Shown here: positions 36,755 through 37,052 of the stretch, in pieces
How the letters are laid out: every line of letters starts with the position of its first letter
Position numbering within the stretch: position 1 is the stretch's first letter
NCBI GenBank assembly: GCA_045644865.1
Contig: JAZRHS010000014.1
Location: 1-37,052, forward strand
DNA length: 37,052 bases
Direction: 5' to 3'
Source of the DNA: Eubacteriales bacterium
GTDB taxonomy: Bacteria; Bacillota; Clostridia; Oscillospirales; CAG-272
The notes under the pieces: generated by a model
Told to the model about the DNA's origin: nothing
What the model saw: only the letters and a program-made list of their open reading frames with translations
The model's database searches: none
Position numbers and translations under genes: made by a program

Positions 36755-37052
36755 ATGACCTACAATAAGAAAAACATCGAAGATATTGATGTTGCCGGCA
36801 AGAAGGTTCTTGTTCGTTGCGACTTCAATGTACCCCTTAAGGAAGGCGTAATTACCAGCGATAAGAGAATCGTTGAGGCTCTTCCCACAATTAAGTACCT
36901 TCTTTCCAAGAACGCAAAGGTTATTCTTTGCTCTCATATGGGCAAGCCCAAGGGAGAGGTAGTTGCAAAGTACTCTCTTGCTCCTGTAGCGGCAAGACTC
37001 ACAGAGCTTCTCGGTCAGACTGTAGAGCTTGCGGCTGATACTATCGGCGTGG
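36755..37052 (+). CDS. pgk: Phosphoglycerate kinase, 5' part (runs off window)
   Basis: Manual translation: [49 protein letters not shown]. Confidence 0.96.
   Translation, partial: MTYNKKNIEDIDVAGKKVLVRCDFNVPLKEGVITSDKRIVEALPTIKYLLSKNAKVILCSHMGKPKGEVVAKYSLAPVAARLTELLGQTVELAADTIGV

Overview
Mostly core-genome window from a Clostridia-like Firmicute (taxon inferred from gene content and sigmaA-type promoters). Order: 3' end of rplM and rpsI; a short AT-rich insert with two small membrane-protein genes; queG-like-addB-addA (minus strand); an OmpR/HisKA two-component system coupled to a class B sortase, an RlmA-like methyltransferase and a GT2; an AraC regulator; a stand-alone divergent GyrB/ParE-type gene; murD, three M42 aminopeptidases and a YnbB-like PLP enzyme; a two-domain lipoprotein, cysteine desulfurase, RpiR, HI0933-family flavoprotein, cmk, plsC, ispH-rpsA fusion and UPF0340; a CPA2 antiporter; three paralogous Cys/His-repeat lipoproteins; and the 5' part of pgk. 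I saw no tRNA, rRNA, CRISPR array, transposase or phage gene. Best candidates for new biology: (1) the three separately promoted lipoproteins with extracellular Cys/His metal-finger-like repeats and a lectin-like head; (2) a promoter and strong RBS hidden inside ispH that would make free S1 from the ispH-rpsA fusion; (3) the orphan divergent type II topoisomerase B subunit. All calls come from manual motif recognition; no searches were run.
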